A stretch of DNA of 64,000 bases from a virus (Duplodnaviria; Caudoviricetes). Both the position numbers and the translations under genes were made by a program. The notes under the pieces are model-generated. The model did not search any database, was not told the origin of the DNA, and was given only the letters and a program-made list of their open reading frames with translations. This document shows, one piece after another, positions 12,301-19,805 of this stretch (position 1 is the first letter of the stretch; each line of letters starts with the position of its first letter). The stretch covers positions 2,241 to 66,240 of IMG/VR virus record IMGVR_UViG_3300009502_000047; one strand, 5' to 3'.

Positions 12301-13176
12301 TGATTTACGGAGTTTACTTGATGCCCAGTCATGATCTGTTTTTTTAGTAAGATTGACTCCCAAAACACGAGATGCAATTGAACTTAAATCATGTTTATCA
12401 CGTTCTGCATCAATTGATCTTGATACGTGCATCGTATCAAAGATTCTATCAGTAAATCCTTTATCTTCTATATCAGATTCTTTTAATATCCCAGCCTTGG
12501 TTAAAAAAGCTAAGTCATAAGATGCATTTTGAAAGACTAAATTAGATTTGGTTTTTCTCATTAGGTGGGACAAGACCTTGGGATCATTTATCTTGTCCAT
12601 ATCTATAATATGAACTACATCGGTATCTGGATCATGAAGTTGAACTAATCTTGTATGAGCATCATGTGGTAAGATATATCTCGCTGTCTCTGTATCAATA
12701 GCAACATTCTTTGACTTCTCATAGTGTAAGATAGCTTTATTTAAATCATTGTCATTGGTAACATAAACCTGCTTGTATTTTTTAAATGCTTCATCTTCAT
12801 GAACAAGAGGTTTTATTGTAGACTGTTGATGAGTTGTGGGTATCTCATCCAATGGTTGGCCCTGATATTTATTATATCTGGCATTCTCATCATAATTCTG
12901 TATATCTATCTTGTGGACAGTAGCAATTTCATCCAGTCTCTTCCTTAATTTCTCCCTAACCTCTACACTTTCTTTTTTTTGAAATTCTATATACAATTTT
13001 TCAATATCATCATATGCTTCTTTATATCTTTTTATATCATCTCCTTTAAGTTCAGAGACCAACTTTGAATTATCAATCTGACTTAATCCCCGTCTTAACT
13101 CATAAAAAGATTGATCATTAGACAGGCCAAACCTTAATAAATTCATGTTTTCCTGCCAATTATCTTTGTAATCCAT
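3331..13176 (-). CDS. Giant tape-measure-like protein with an N-terminal DEDDy 3'-5' exonuclease domain (3281 aa)
   Basis: Follows tail tubes and chaperones. C-terminal half is Ala/Gly-rich with hydrophobic helices and the TMP-type motif ASGGLVTGPGSETSDSIPTLLSDNEFVVNA. N-terminal part has Exo I AIDTET, Exo II FQNASYD and Exo III YAAYD. Confidence 0.8.
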   Translation of the reverse strand: MDYKDNWQENMNLLRFGLSNDQSFYELRRGLSQIDNSKLVSELKGDDIKRYKEAYDDIEKLYIEFQKKESVEVREKLRKRLDEIATVHKIDIQNYDENARYNKYQGQPLDEIPTTHQQSTIKPLVHEDEAFKKYKQVYVTNDNDLNKAILHYEKSKNVAIDTETARYILPHDAHTRLVQLHDPDTDVVHIIDMDKINDPKVLSHLMRKTKSNLVFQNASYDLAFLTKAGILKESDIEDKGFTDRIFDTMHVSRSIDAERDKHDLSSIASRVLGVNLTKKTDHDWASSKLRKSQIKYAAYDVIATGQIFKTMMQKNPKVASITNLFMGDISKNFKANLSRYMGLDTRTLTVIDNGVKKQMKMNDVLNFAGESIRGNKNRQIFLPDVPVAAFDKQMRSGGYSIYDLNNRVRYGSFAPDSLNKINSEILGKGGLNVKSGTRIKHNDLYNLMLLRVFSHGKSNIGESDAILSNLDDYSSDFGVKIIEDKNKQAYKLRTAIQDYMIDPRGPQDPAKGVNTLKKFEFVERLISGQRTSLRGLSPTKVNKIVDAIQGSYLKLFENPGNVTRLNKTVSPLGSASRGAQQRESLEKKGAIDISMFDPSLLPEDVREFFPAVDKFSASYTGTPHKFALSYTNDDNKRILDFAAGTGYGEGDIENIKAIPISSTTGIKEPFITDPVLQNAGIWVNPKLHQSSIRNMVEDIEGYSPRVQDFIRSKLMSSANTDESGNVHSIDWNEFNNKYRRYGTLGKHLGTFQDLSFSMSRKRVSAHDTWWNMIPKEHNTERYADSELGKRVFYEEKLRYLLGRSSYKYVRDQFEGIKYSSMLFDTLEEYSKFKDHNVNIYNQGVKAFFKTVTNKAVPEFRGDKPAPGSLSSIFLRAMNQGGKLKNFINSITEGRKSYGLDLGEVSSDPVGDFPKIIKNLGKEGLIRDDFTTDLSKGKESDILKTMTSGKFLGNAISHSITQFTQSNDKIAKFFPNVEGQNPVRFVDDSEKLVGKGSLTDSTLGLFAEGIPSDIHAEYGDDKFKIKKEVVEAEVQRLSNLFQKIDTGDINIDDFDWTKSTPHVKAMSRPDKIMEYVRRNTNFDPRYRGAITELAKKEYDGIWDIDEHIDNFARGMSLDKIAKKTTTGHNITLSDLKKYGITSFGFEIPGLTPGTRTGMYGSSGTHNSRLDVFKDIYRTVNNKLLSNLTESTRKNVDPNYIGKTGIFRSDVEMAETHGQTGIPIQWIRDLEYRLKGNTRFTTGKFNDLTSDKDKYKVEYKDTLSDLRNQLEDAKNRGNRNDIVSIRNKISNYKQAYKESLFKDKGEGLTTKENKQPMGEYGEEFTYTGDEFNEELQNRITGNVKEINNLSILPKRYSDKPTSIHSRFLSGLYNYFSPGIFPRRSKLPLKAPEPKGYSVLHPSNYPWLPKLSHNDYVMTIPEQLEEFKPIPFQDLPDNTKFSKYDATRSLEEESRKRAKEGISYSGEILDNSFFSRLSRPMINSPLLIPLLQKFDMLSNLPYDVNEENIRGNYVSEISKIEDSENTGNKVNTHEQIQEKIIPGFNDGGMVPIRYNAGETIFDPEDVSKIGINNLKKLNALSDVVNPFGGHKLEGEYTEGDKNFGYAEPGSFILDRDSSEDKPKGYTLGGEVDPNATVDSTYNNLVNRRESSSVNAINAILDTLHKTIYGDKQRGLPGRGFTDNPTDVAEFKLIMDNLTKQFTSGNLKFSLVNPTDITKNLSGVLTSNINQQDANFMKGLAGRAAGISGQLNVPKTDLSKFEAGIAASSDAVKKMDWKPKSYEFKQTPFTQYKSVVNFESQDDLNKWKQENINFLSQITGIKSSKQLNTLGDIKETVTQQGGQRPIYSASGSFLIPKTAVEAAKTQGFDFANYFTELNASYADKISPHEAPHVLSESSTTGKNIEGFEKLNKHLGAGERLLNWMGKHMQTLNWAAVSVSMTAMGINFSLTNIYKVLQNTITTILSSASNLQSMFTNYSYAKIFGKDFIDIDAQLNKMGVSAGNFVDAWKRSTAVTAVASTLMSGMASKILLNTNFVKGLMDAFDAVVNKVTAGTKGNTILDKLSDMMVGKDGNGGLIASLPTLVDGLTTLVGILTSVAGQKGLVTFLAALVPMMWVIQPFMSILAGGSLIFSTFGKAALASSAYVDTFAFATNRAYAGVVKLVLALSTIVLLWEAVGRVVNYVAGQMVIPTPSELLLGKGAGVNEFNGAASFVGKAVGFATGYTPAEVGDTGVIEGSGGPTEDKNLVAVSRHEAIVKEKAMESPTNRALVSAMNHDRPIKIKGFAEGTPMPSVSLPDSYVSDQRYQMNINNSILQNQADSAYNSNNFLSSAYGGSGAFHVIVDNQSQLQGLAGISNETTNNSNITNGGITSFPWPTFPDFKFDISSITDWLKDIWERLGELKDKFGGEPKQDTKQDEKTDEKTDEKTDEKDKTKPDENKQDTKTDEKTGEDTGVKQSDVDRTREELADKFNELDKITSEANQRIIDEATTKNAGGDFKGGETNFPSAPEAKPEAPSWWDTLKSGVGDVIKDPKAFAADRLKAGAEFAINPIDPLLLLTGFGTAKGKGASNDEAAKESAIGLGTSTALMMGAGALGLGGIIGAVGEYAVPAAPLFGAKTTGENLPNQLVNSRTNNLPAGLSDEELSAIRKDITNKATKTAIENTPVPDQILSLGSGGMGTYGNGLLINAVGNAKMQNFHDTFENFRQNDFVKGANDLGSKAVNLGINTLSLAGSIPGINAFTLPFLGIGAAAKAPTELSKVSEGMPGLGVGTLTSASGIYDWLNEHGAAKPAINAMNNMFPGMGNLASFATLEGNKYEAMSTPNQEEAMKDFADKIKEKAGFLSIFGVNVNDMSDAVVKGTESQIKQVDATNILTDSQTNMTDACKYIPNALTGVQEKFLDLTNVSSDVNLKMGDLANKTMGVALPDGTKAQIAFNNQSNATATSIDALSKYGISISTAKDGAVTFSSQINPASVATGKLASSINTNIPKINTLGTSALTGAASILNTISQYNAQISNLIKNNTGTISSNTGTNQPQQSTYPSGNGGGGTDEEYKKTFEWGVQGNESLYLVEKYIENNSDKFKGKTLSDIQTMLTTSRGSVSGTMEYDPVFAKQLMYILSNSPQVLALLGITTAQPESPSKKPGARASGGLVTGPGSETSDSIPTLLSDNEFVVNADATKKNYSTLTAINSGKAIGDTTGNQYALWKASQALQNTISKMHKTSSSVANIVGNNSGNSVNSVPVQSEAKIINITVPVTIQGNVMDESLITQLSNEVARVIGLVSRKW
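5899..5944. repeat. 12-bp tandem repeat (about 3.8 copies) encoding (DEKT)n in the tape measure protein
   Basis: tttttcatctgt at 5899, 5911, 5923 and a partial copy at 5935. Confidence 0.9.
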
Positions 13177-13186
13177 GTTATATCAC

Positions 13187-13414
13187 CTATTTTTTACTTT
13201 CTATATGTTCAGCGTAAATTGAGCTAATTTTAAAGTCAAACATCAATCTCTGATACCATTCACCCGGATTATTCCAATCCAACAGATCAGATGGTCTTTG
13301 TCCACACATCTTGGCTAATTTACCTAAAGATAATTGTAAGTCTAAATCCCTTTGTAAATCATCTTCGGGATTCCACTTACAAAATTTCTCATCGTACGAA
13401 TCGAAATAATTCAC
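13187..13414 (-). CDS. Tail assembly chaperone, downstream ORF (gpT-like; probably reached by +1 frameshift)
   Basis: Overlaps the upstream chaperone in its +1 frame, directly before the tape measure gene. Confidence 0.65.
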   Translation of the reverse strand: MNYFDSYDEKFCKWNPEDDLQRDLDLQLSLGKLAKMCGQRPSDLLDWNNPGEWYQRLMFDFKISSIYAEHIESKK

Positions 13415-13793
13415 CTTGAAGGTTCATCACCATAAACATTGCATTAAATATTGCATACTGGTCTTCACCCGGCATAGTATCATAGGTAAACGGCCCATCT
13501 ACAATAATATGTGGCAAAATCTGCTGGCACCACTGTGCAAAGGCTTCATCAAAGTTAAACTGATCTGCTGGTGATGCAATCAACTGACCTCTTTCATCCC
13601 TAGTTTTGGGTAAAGCCTTTACCATAAGTGAGATATGTTTACCACCCAGTGGCCCTACTGGTTTCCTTATCGTATAAATATGACCTGCAATTTCCAACTT
13701 AAATTCTGTATTTACAATTGCAAGTTCTTCAGGAGACTTCTCAATCTCAACTGGTTCTTCAATCTTACTTTCTGTGTTGGTCTTTCTAACCAT
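13389..13793 (-). CDS. Tail assembly chaperone (gpG-like)
   Basis: Between tail tube and tape measure genes; ends ...TTA TTT CGA TTC GTA CGA TGA. Confidence 0.7.
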   Translation of the reverse strand: MVRKTNTESKIEEPVEIEKSPEELAIVNTEFKLEIAGHIYTIRKPVGPLGGKHISLMVKALPKTRDERGQLIASPADQFNFDEAFAQWCQQILPHIIVDGPFTYDTMPGEDQYAIFNAMFMVMNLQGELFRFVR

Positions 13794-13810
13794 ACACAAA
13801 GATATAATCC

Positions 13811-13823
13811 TACCATTTAAAAA
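13811..13823 (-). promoter_or_regulatory. Putative late promoter (TTTTTAAATGGTA)
   Basis: TATA-like box plus TGGTA, about 30 nt upstream of ATG 13793; motif recurs at 19755, 25638, 61605. Confidence 0.55.
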
Positions 13824-13829
13824 AGATTT

Positions 13830-14891
13830 TTAGTTTGTTAGCAGATAGAATGAATCTGCACTGGGTGTAATAACTTGGAAGTTAACTGTCTTCTCAAATT
13901 GATTACGTGCCTGCACTGACCTATTCATTTCAGTAAACTTAAGTGCATCAGTACCCGATATAATGGCTAATTGAGCCTCATTTATTGCAGGTGTGCCACT
14001 TAATGCTGGGCCACTTGCAGTAGGCCCATACAAATACATAGCCAGAGTACCACATCCAAGATCGTTGGATTTAGCCTGTAATCCACCAGTTGATTCGAGA
14101 TTTCCACCTCTCATGACCTGTTCAATCTGAGTCCATTGATTACTACCAAAGGTAAAGGTACCTGTGATAGTAGTTAGACCATTAAGCCAGTGTCCTCTAA
14201 TAAATGGACTACCTAAATATGCAAATTGCTCATCAAATTTCCTTGTGATATTTAAGGTCATTGACTTAGCCACAATCGATACTCCACCGACTAAAACAGC
14301 CATGTTATAGAATACCAATGGTGATTCTGTATTGGTAGCAGCAGTATAGGTTACTTCATCTATATCACTACCTGTATATGCCTTAGAAGCCATCCAGTTA
14401 AATTTGGCCTTGACAAACTGAGCTGTCTCACAGGTTATATCCATGGATGAAACTGCACAGTTAACATACAAGGTATTCTTCATGGCTTGATCATCACCCA
14501 GTATCATATCAAATACACCGGGTATATTTCCAAGTGTATAGATATAATAAGGAGTAAATGTCAAACCATCTACGCCACCAATTCCTCTCTTTGCTATTCC
14601 AGCATGTGAAACACCTGATGCTCTATTACCAAACATCGAGTGTAATAGTTCAGCTAACATAATGGGTCTCAATGAACCATCAAGAGTTCCTGAAGCCTTA
14701 AACAGTCCACCTGCCATAGATGCCACTGATGGCTGATCAATAGCTTCCTCAACGATTGGGTTCCTGCTAACAGGATCACTAAACCCGGAAAGTGTTAACT
14801 CATTAAAATCAGTCAACGTAGGTTTAGCATGTGAATCACTAAAAGCTGACTTATTTTTAACAAGTACATACCTGTCAATACCTTGGGTCAT
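13830..14891 (-). CDS. Major tail (tube) protein, paralogue 2
   Basis: 353 aa before the chaperones; shares IDRYV, FSDP, RKFDE, NGLT and NRSVQxRNQFEKT with the upstream gene. Confidence 0.7.
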   Translation of the reverse strand: MTQGIDRYVLVKNKSAFSDSHAKPTLTDFNELTLSGFSDPVSRNPIVEEAIDQPSVASMAGGLFKASGTLDGSLRPIMLAELLHSMFGNRASGVSHAGIAKRGIGGVDGLTFTPYYIYTLGNIPGVFDMILGDDQAMKNTLYVNCAVSSMDITCETAQFVKAKFNWMASKAYTGSDIDEVTYTAATNTESPLVFYNMAVLVGGVSIVAKSMTLNITRKFDEQFAYLGSPFIRGHWLNGLTTITGTFTFGSNQWTQIEQVMRGGNLESTGGLQAKSNDLGCGTLAMYLYGPTASGPALSGTPAINEAQLAIISGTDALKFTEMNRSVQARNQFEKTVNFQVITPSADSFYLLTN

Positions 14892-15979
14892 GCGTCAACA
14901 TCTCCTATGGTTATTTTGAAGTCATCATCTGTCTTAAAAGAAGCCTGCCAATTAAGTGTCTTCTCAAACTGATTTCTACCCTGAACAGACCTGTTAAATT
15001 CAATATACTTCATGTTATTAATTGCAAAACAACATGTTGAGGTAGCACCAGTTGGATCAAATAACTTCAATCTTGCATACTTCCCAAATATCGGGTTATC
15101 CAATGGTTCAAGCACAGGATCAGTTATATTTCCAATGATTGTCTGTCTAAGTGCATCCCATTGTTTGCTACCAAAGGTAATAGTACCATTTAGAGAAGTT
15201 AAACCATTCATAATTAAATCACGTAGATACGGAGTACCCAGTGTGTAATAATTCTCATCAAACTTCCTGTCAATGGTCATTGTAAAGCCTTTAGCCTCAC
15301 AATCATGCCAAACATTTCCATCATCACTTATCTGAACGACACCATTGTAAAAGTAACTACCCTCTTCTGTTGAATCTATATATCCACTTATATCTCCAAA
15401 GGTAGTGTCACCAGCACTTGGTTCTATGATGGTTGCATGCTTACCAATCCATCCAAACTTAGCTGTTGCTGCAGCACCCACGGTCATGGATAATTCCATG
15501 GACTTAACACCAACACCACCATACTGTATAATCCTACCATTACCAACGCCAGAATTTCCAGTCCCATATGCCTGATCATCACCAACTCTAAGTGTAAGAG
15601 CACGAGGCTGTGAACCTAATGTCATCTCTAGTTTTTTGGGTGATGCAGCATTATATGCTCCAAATGGATCATCACTAGCAGCCTGTGTGTTACCCGGATA
15701 TCCCATCATTGCAGATACTGCCCACATCATGTTCTTAGGTCTGAAGAAACCCTCAAATCCACCGCCTACCTTGTAAGGCCCACCGATAACGGCAGCAGCA
15801 GCTTTAAGTTTAAGAGTCTCTTCAATGGAAGGTTGTCTGTTGATTGGATCACTAAACTGCGTTACACGCATCTTATACCACTTATTGTCTGCTCCACCAT
15901 CACTATTTATAGTTCCGTAAGTATCTCCGGTACCCTCAAAGCCAGTGTGATAAGCGACATATCTATCAATATTAGCCAT
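14888..15979 (-). CDS. Major tail (tube) protein, paralogue 1
   Basis: Starts MANIDRYV after a GGAGG RBS; clear paralogue of 13830..14891. Confidence 0.7.
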   Translation of the reverse strand: MANIDRYVAYHTGFEGTGDTYGTINSDGGADNKWYKMRVTQFSDPINRQPSIEETLKLKAAAAVIGGPYKVGGGFEGFFRPKNMMWAVSAMMGYPGNTQAASDDPFGAYNAASPKKLEMTLGSQPRALTLRVGDDQAYGTGNSGVGNGRIIQYGGVGVKSMELSMTVGAAATAKFGWIGKHATIIEPSAGDTTFGDISGYIDSTEEGSYFYNGVVQISDDGNVWHDCEAKGFTMTIDRKFDENYYTLGTPYLRDLIMNGLTSLNGTITFGSKQWDALRQTIIGNITDPVLEPLDNPIFGKYARLKLFDPTGATSTCCFAINNMKYIEFNRSVQGRNQFEKTLNWQASFKTDDDFKITIGDVDA

Positions 15980-16358
15980 GTTGTACAAACCTCCTAAAGC
16001 TAAATTCTTGTTCTACTCTAATCATAGTACCACCATTATCAAAGAAATTTGTTTTCTCAAACATAAAGGATGTACAGTCAGTCACTCCCGAATTCATCAC
16101 ATCCGACTCAACAATCTGAAGAAAATCATCAGTCCTGTCAACTATGTTAATAGGATCATCAATAGTATAACCAATGATGCAGATAACCTTCCTTAGATAT
16201 GAATCAGTTGTTTCGGGTGTCGGATCAATACCAGAGATAATAACATAACATTCCTTTGGACGTAGTTGCTCCTGTCTCCTAGTATTAACCTTCCAGTTCA
16301 GCTTCTTTAACGACTTTATAACTTCATTATATACATCTATGCTAGACAACATCATCAC
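15972..16358 (-). CDS. Putative tail terminator
   Basis: About 128 aa directly before the tail tube gene. Confidence 0.5.
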   Translation of the reverse strand: MMMLSSIDVYNEVIKSLKKLNWKVNTRRQEQLRPKECYVIISGIDPTPETTDSYLRKVICIIGYTIDDPINIVDRTDDFLQIVESDVMNSGVTDCTSFMFEKTNFFDNGGTMIRVEQEFSFRRFVQHG

Positions 16359-16921
16359 CTGCTAATATAACCATGACCAAACTGATCTGGTTTAACCAAT
16401 GTCTTACCAAACATATTAACATCATTCAATGAGTAACTTTGAACACTAGATAAATTACCTTCTAACTCATATTCAGCATTCTTCATACTTAACGTAAAAG
16501 CAGTAGTAAATGCTAAATCCCATCGTTTCCAGTATTCTCTTGTTATACCAGCCCATCTCCCATGATGAATTCTGTATCCCAATACCGGATTATATGCTCC
16601 AGCACCTGGTTGAGCACCATTCTGAAGTATCTCAACAATCTGATCATTTTTTATGTCCATTCTCAAATCATATCTATAGACATAAGGTCTTTCAAGAGCA
16701 TATAAAATGTGATTTTTTCTGATAGCAGGTGTATTACGTTCTATAATCTGACCCCTAGTAGTAACAAAATGAGTCTTGTATGACCTGTTAAAATATGAGT
16801 TACAATGTTTACGCCAGAAATTCCATGCTACCTTTCCATGTTTTACTAAAATCTCATTAAACATAGGATTTAAACTAAGTCTCCTATCAAAGGTATACAC
16901 ATAACGTTTTTTAAGTAACAT
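16355..16921 (-). CDS. Putative neck / tail-completion protein
   Basis: Basic protein between adaptor and terminator positions. Confidence 0.4.
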   Translation of the reverse strand: MLLKKRYVYTFDRRLSLNPMFNEILVKHGKVAWNFWRKHCNSYFNRSYKTHFVTTRGQIIERNTPAIRKNHILYALERPYVYRYDLRMDIKNDQIVEILQNGAQPGAGAYNPVLGYRIHHGRWAGITREYWKRWDLAFTTAFTLSMKNAEYELEGNLSSVQSYSLNDVNMFGKTLVKPDQFGHGYISR

Positions 16922-16923
16922 TA

Positions 16924-17334
16924 TTATCTATCAGGTATAATCGTCTTTGTTAGTCCAAATCCACAGGCTGCCTGCTTATTCAGTGTCTTCGTATCTATGT
17001 TTAGCTCCTCATCAAGAGGATACTCAGAGATAGGAAGTAAGAAATTACGGGCAATCGACCTCAATGCCCTTATTCTGACTAATGAGGTCGGTGGCAATTC
17101 GCCAAGCTGCCTTTCAGCTAAAGATGTATAAGTTACGTAGTTGTAATAAGCCGCGACTGCAACAATAGCCTCTTTGAGATATGATTCTTCCACATTGGGA
17201 ATCACAATCATTTCAACAAATTTATCGGCTCTGATGATATCATTGTAAACTATCTCATCTGCATCATACTGTATGTCAATATCACTTAGGATAGTCCTGA
17301 CTTCCAGTATCAGATTAGATAGTTCAATAGCCAT
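16924..17334 (-). CDS. Putative head-tail adaptor
   Basis: Helical 136 aa right after the capsid gene (EVRTIL...EAIVAVAAY). Confidence 0.55.
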   Translation of the reverse strand: MAIELSNLILEVRTILSDIDIQYDADEIVYNDIIRADKFVEMIVIPNVEESYLKEAIVAVAAYYNYVTYTSLAERQLGELPPTSLVRIRALRSIARNFLLPISEYPLDEELNIDTKTLNKQAACGFGLTKTIIPDR

Positions 17335-18209
17335 TACGCTACACCTGTAATCATCTGTACACGGTTGTTATGAGACTTATCGTCTTTGCTGTTAGGCAGG
17401 ATAAAAGTCTTGTACATCTGTGTGACATAATAATCATTACCAACACCCGGTACCCTAACCGGTTCTGAAAGTGGTATCTGATTACCCGAATAAGTCAGGT
17501 GAAGTGCTGTCTCATTGGACTGCATGACCAACATAGCTTTATTACTATATAGACGAGTTGGCTTTAAAGTCAACCTGTAATTAGTTGTAATCCAGTTTCC
17601 AATTGAATTCTGAATATTTGCCATCTCGGTTGGCTTCATAAGATAAGGCCAGAGTTTAGCCGGATAGTAAAGTAACAACCCACCAATATCCTGATCGGTT
17701 ATGTAAGTTGTATCAAAGATTTTACCTATAACAGTTGCAATATCATCAGCAATACTGGCATCTCCAGAAGTCCATGCCTTTGTAGCTGCTGTAGTGCCAC
17801 CCTTACCAGATTCCAGAGTCCCTGCAATCTCAATATCCTTGGCCCTTGCAAGACCCTTTGATGACATTGCATTTGACTGCTGCATCTCAATCTCAATCTG
17901 GTTTCTGACTTTAGCCTCATCAGTTATCCTGATTCTGGTCTGATACTTCTTCATTGAAGTCTGTACTTTATACCATTCAATCTTCTGGAAATCAGCAAGA
18001 GCACCCTCTGTAATTTCTTCAACTTCCATAAACTGCATATCTGGTAATGTCACCTGAAATTCAAGTGAATCAATTGGTGTCATTGTCACAGCATCTGAGA
18101 ACATCATCAGAGTCTCAGCCTGTTTATATAACATTCTTTGAACTATATCGGCCTTAAGAGCCTCCATAGCTCCATCAGTGGAGACATTTGCTCCCCAAAG
18201 TGATGCCAT
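17334..18209 (-). CDS. Major capsid protein (HK97 fold, inferred)
   Basis: 291 aa after protease-scaffold and decoration genes; EEITEGA...KKY...ITDEA and LARAKD-I patterns; ends ITGV. Confidence 0.75.
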   Translation of the reverse strand: MASLWGANVSTDGAMEALKADIVQRMLYKQAETLMMFSDAVTMTPIDSLEFQVTLPDMQFMEVEEITEGALADFQKIEWYKVQTSMKKYQTRIRITDEAKVRNQIEIEMQQSNAMSSKGLARAKDIEIAGTLESGKGGTTAATKAWTSGDASIADDIATVIGKIFDTTYITDQDIGGLLLYYPAKLWPYLMKPTEMANIQNSIGNWITTNYRLTLKPTRLYSNKAMLVMQSNETALHLTYSGNQIPLSEPVRVPGVGNDYYVTQMYKTFILPNSKDDKSHNNRVQMITGVA

Positions 18210-18220
18210 TTTCTTTCACC

Positions 18221-18682
18221 TCACGCCGATATATATCTCTTATCAATTTCAACAATTACAAAAGTACCACTATTAATATTAATAGCTTCCATGGCAATAC
18301 CTACCTGCCATGCTGCTCCACTTCCAGCGTACTTATCTACACAACCTGCCCCTGCAGTAACAATCCTATCTCCAATAGAAATTGCTGCATTATCTGATAC
18401 AAGAGGAATTGCCCATCTTGTTCCAGTTAACATTGGGAACTTTGCAATAGCCTGTCCTGTGAGAAACACAGGTGTAGACTCAGGTCTCCAGTTCGTAACC
18501 GGGTCAACTGAACTATCAAGCATCAATCCCTGCGGATCTCTACCATCACCAGTCAAACCATAATTGCCAGTATTCTTAGCAGTAACTAAACTGCCAGAAA
18601 ACTCAACAGCATCGTCAACGGTTACCTTTTTACCAGCCATGCCGATACCAAGGTCATTGACTAATCCACCTTTAAGTGCCAT
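18221..18682 (-). CDS. Capsid decoration/cement protein
   Basis: Gly/Ala-rich 153 aa between scaffold and capsid; AISIGDRIV...VGIAMEA pattern. Confidence 0.65.
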   Translation of the reverse strand: MALKGGLVNDLGIGMAGKKVTVDDAVEFSGSLVTAKNTGNYGLTGDGRDPQGLMLDSSVDPVTNWRPESTPVFLTGQAIAKFPMLTGTRWAIPLVSDNAAISIGDRIVTAGAGCVDKYAGSGAAWQVGIAMEAININSGTFVIVEIDKRYISA

Positions 18683-18693
18683 TTAAAACTCAC

Positions 18694-19728
18694 CTACTTA
18701 TACAGTTCCTTATACTGCTCATATGTTATGCCAATATCTTTACAAGCTTCTCTAATCTGAAGTTCCTGCTGATTTTCAGTAGAAGTAGCAGATGCTCCAA
18801 TATTAACCGGAGGTTGCATTAGACTTCCAGACTTTGCGATGTTCTCCTTAATCTTAGTAAGTGTAGCAATCTTCTGCTTAGGATCAAGTCCAGCCACAAT
18901 AGTACCCGGATTAGCAACACCCAGTCCCTTAAGTTCATTAACAATACTACTGTACTGATTTTCCAACATCTTCTCATTATCAGCCTTAAGTGAGTCAATG
19001 GTTTGCTTCATCATCTCAAAGTCTTCAACGCTAATCGTTGGAGCTGTTGGAGGATTACTAGCAACAGGTTTATCAGTCACTTTAGGTTCAACAAGAGGGA
19101 TATCAGCAACTACAGGAGTAGGTGGTGTTGCAACAACCGGGGGTGTAGACGATACATCAGTTGTCACCGGAGGTTCAACTACAGCCGAAAATGCTTTACT
19201 TACTGTAAGAATCTCTTTATCAGTGAGACCCTTTGATTTAAGGAATTTATCAACATCGTTCATATCAACAGGCTCTTCCACAGGTTTTGAGAAAGCTGTG
19301 ATGACAACATTTACATTATTGCCATCAATGGCTGGATCTTTGACAAATGCCATTCCAACCAGTTTTACATCTACAACCTTATCCCCCTCATAAACAAACT
19401 CAAGTTCTGGAGAAATATGATCATAACCTTCCATAACAATTTTCTGCTTTGCTTTTTGATCAAATACAAAGCCATTATGAGCTAAATCAAATATTTCTTC
19501 ATCCAGAGCAAATTTGAATCCATACCCAATGTTCTTCCTGCTTGGATCTCCAAGTTTCTCATGGGTCAGATAGAAAGGAATATGGTCATCGATGTTTTCA
19601 TACGCTAACCTTACATCTTCTTTAGTGATGGGAGTAGGTTTACCATCAACACCAGTATATACTCCGGGCTTAACCACAGAGCTACTGGTCTTGTAGATTT
19701 CACTACTTTTCCAGCTAAGCGAATTCAT
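18694..19728 (-). CDS. Prohead protease-scaffold fusion
   Basis: N-terminal H...ISPEL...LVGMAFVKDPA (Mu gpI/assemblin-like), Pro-rich linker, coiled-coil C-terminus. Confidence 0.7.
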   Translation of the reverse strand: MNSLSWKSSEIYKTSSSVVKPGVYTGVDGKPTPITKEDVRLAYENIDDHIPFYLTHEKLGDPSRKNIGYGFKFALDEEIFDLAHNGFVFDQKAKQKIVMEGYDHISPELEFVYEGDKVVDVKLVGMAFVKDPAIDGNNVNVVITAFSKPVEEPVDMNDVDKFLKSKGLTDKEILTVSKAFSAVVEPPVTTDVSSTPPVVATPPTPVVADIPLVEPKVTDKPVASNPPTAPTISVEDFEMMKQTIDSLKADNEKMLENQYSSIVNELKGLGVANPGTIVAGLDPKQKIATLTKIKENIAKSGSLMQPPVNIGASATSTENQQELQIREACKDIGITYEQYKELYK

Positions 19729-19754
19729 ACTCCATCAATTAAGATTTATATAAC

Positions 19755-19767
19755 TACCACTATAAAA
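19755..19767 (-). promoter_or_regulatory. Putative late promoter (TTTTATAGTGGTA)
   Basis: Upstream of protease-scaffold; identical 13-mer at 25638-25650. Confidence 0.65.
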
Positions 19768-19805
19768 GCGATATCTTTAAATATACAATAAAGTTTAAAT
19801 ACTGC

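Noticed and set aside
3331-13176. Giant protein as a virion RNA polymerase (N4- or crAss-like)
   Set aside because: No DxDGD or single-subunit RNAP motifs seen; position and C-terminal half fit a tape measure. A remote fold cannot be excluded without a structure search
13830-15979. Tail sheath plus tube (myovirus) interpretation
   Set aside because: The two proteins are paralogues of each other, and no sheath or baseplate-wedge motifs were recognised
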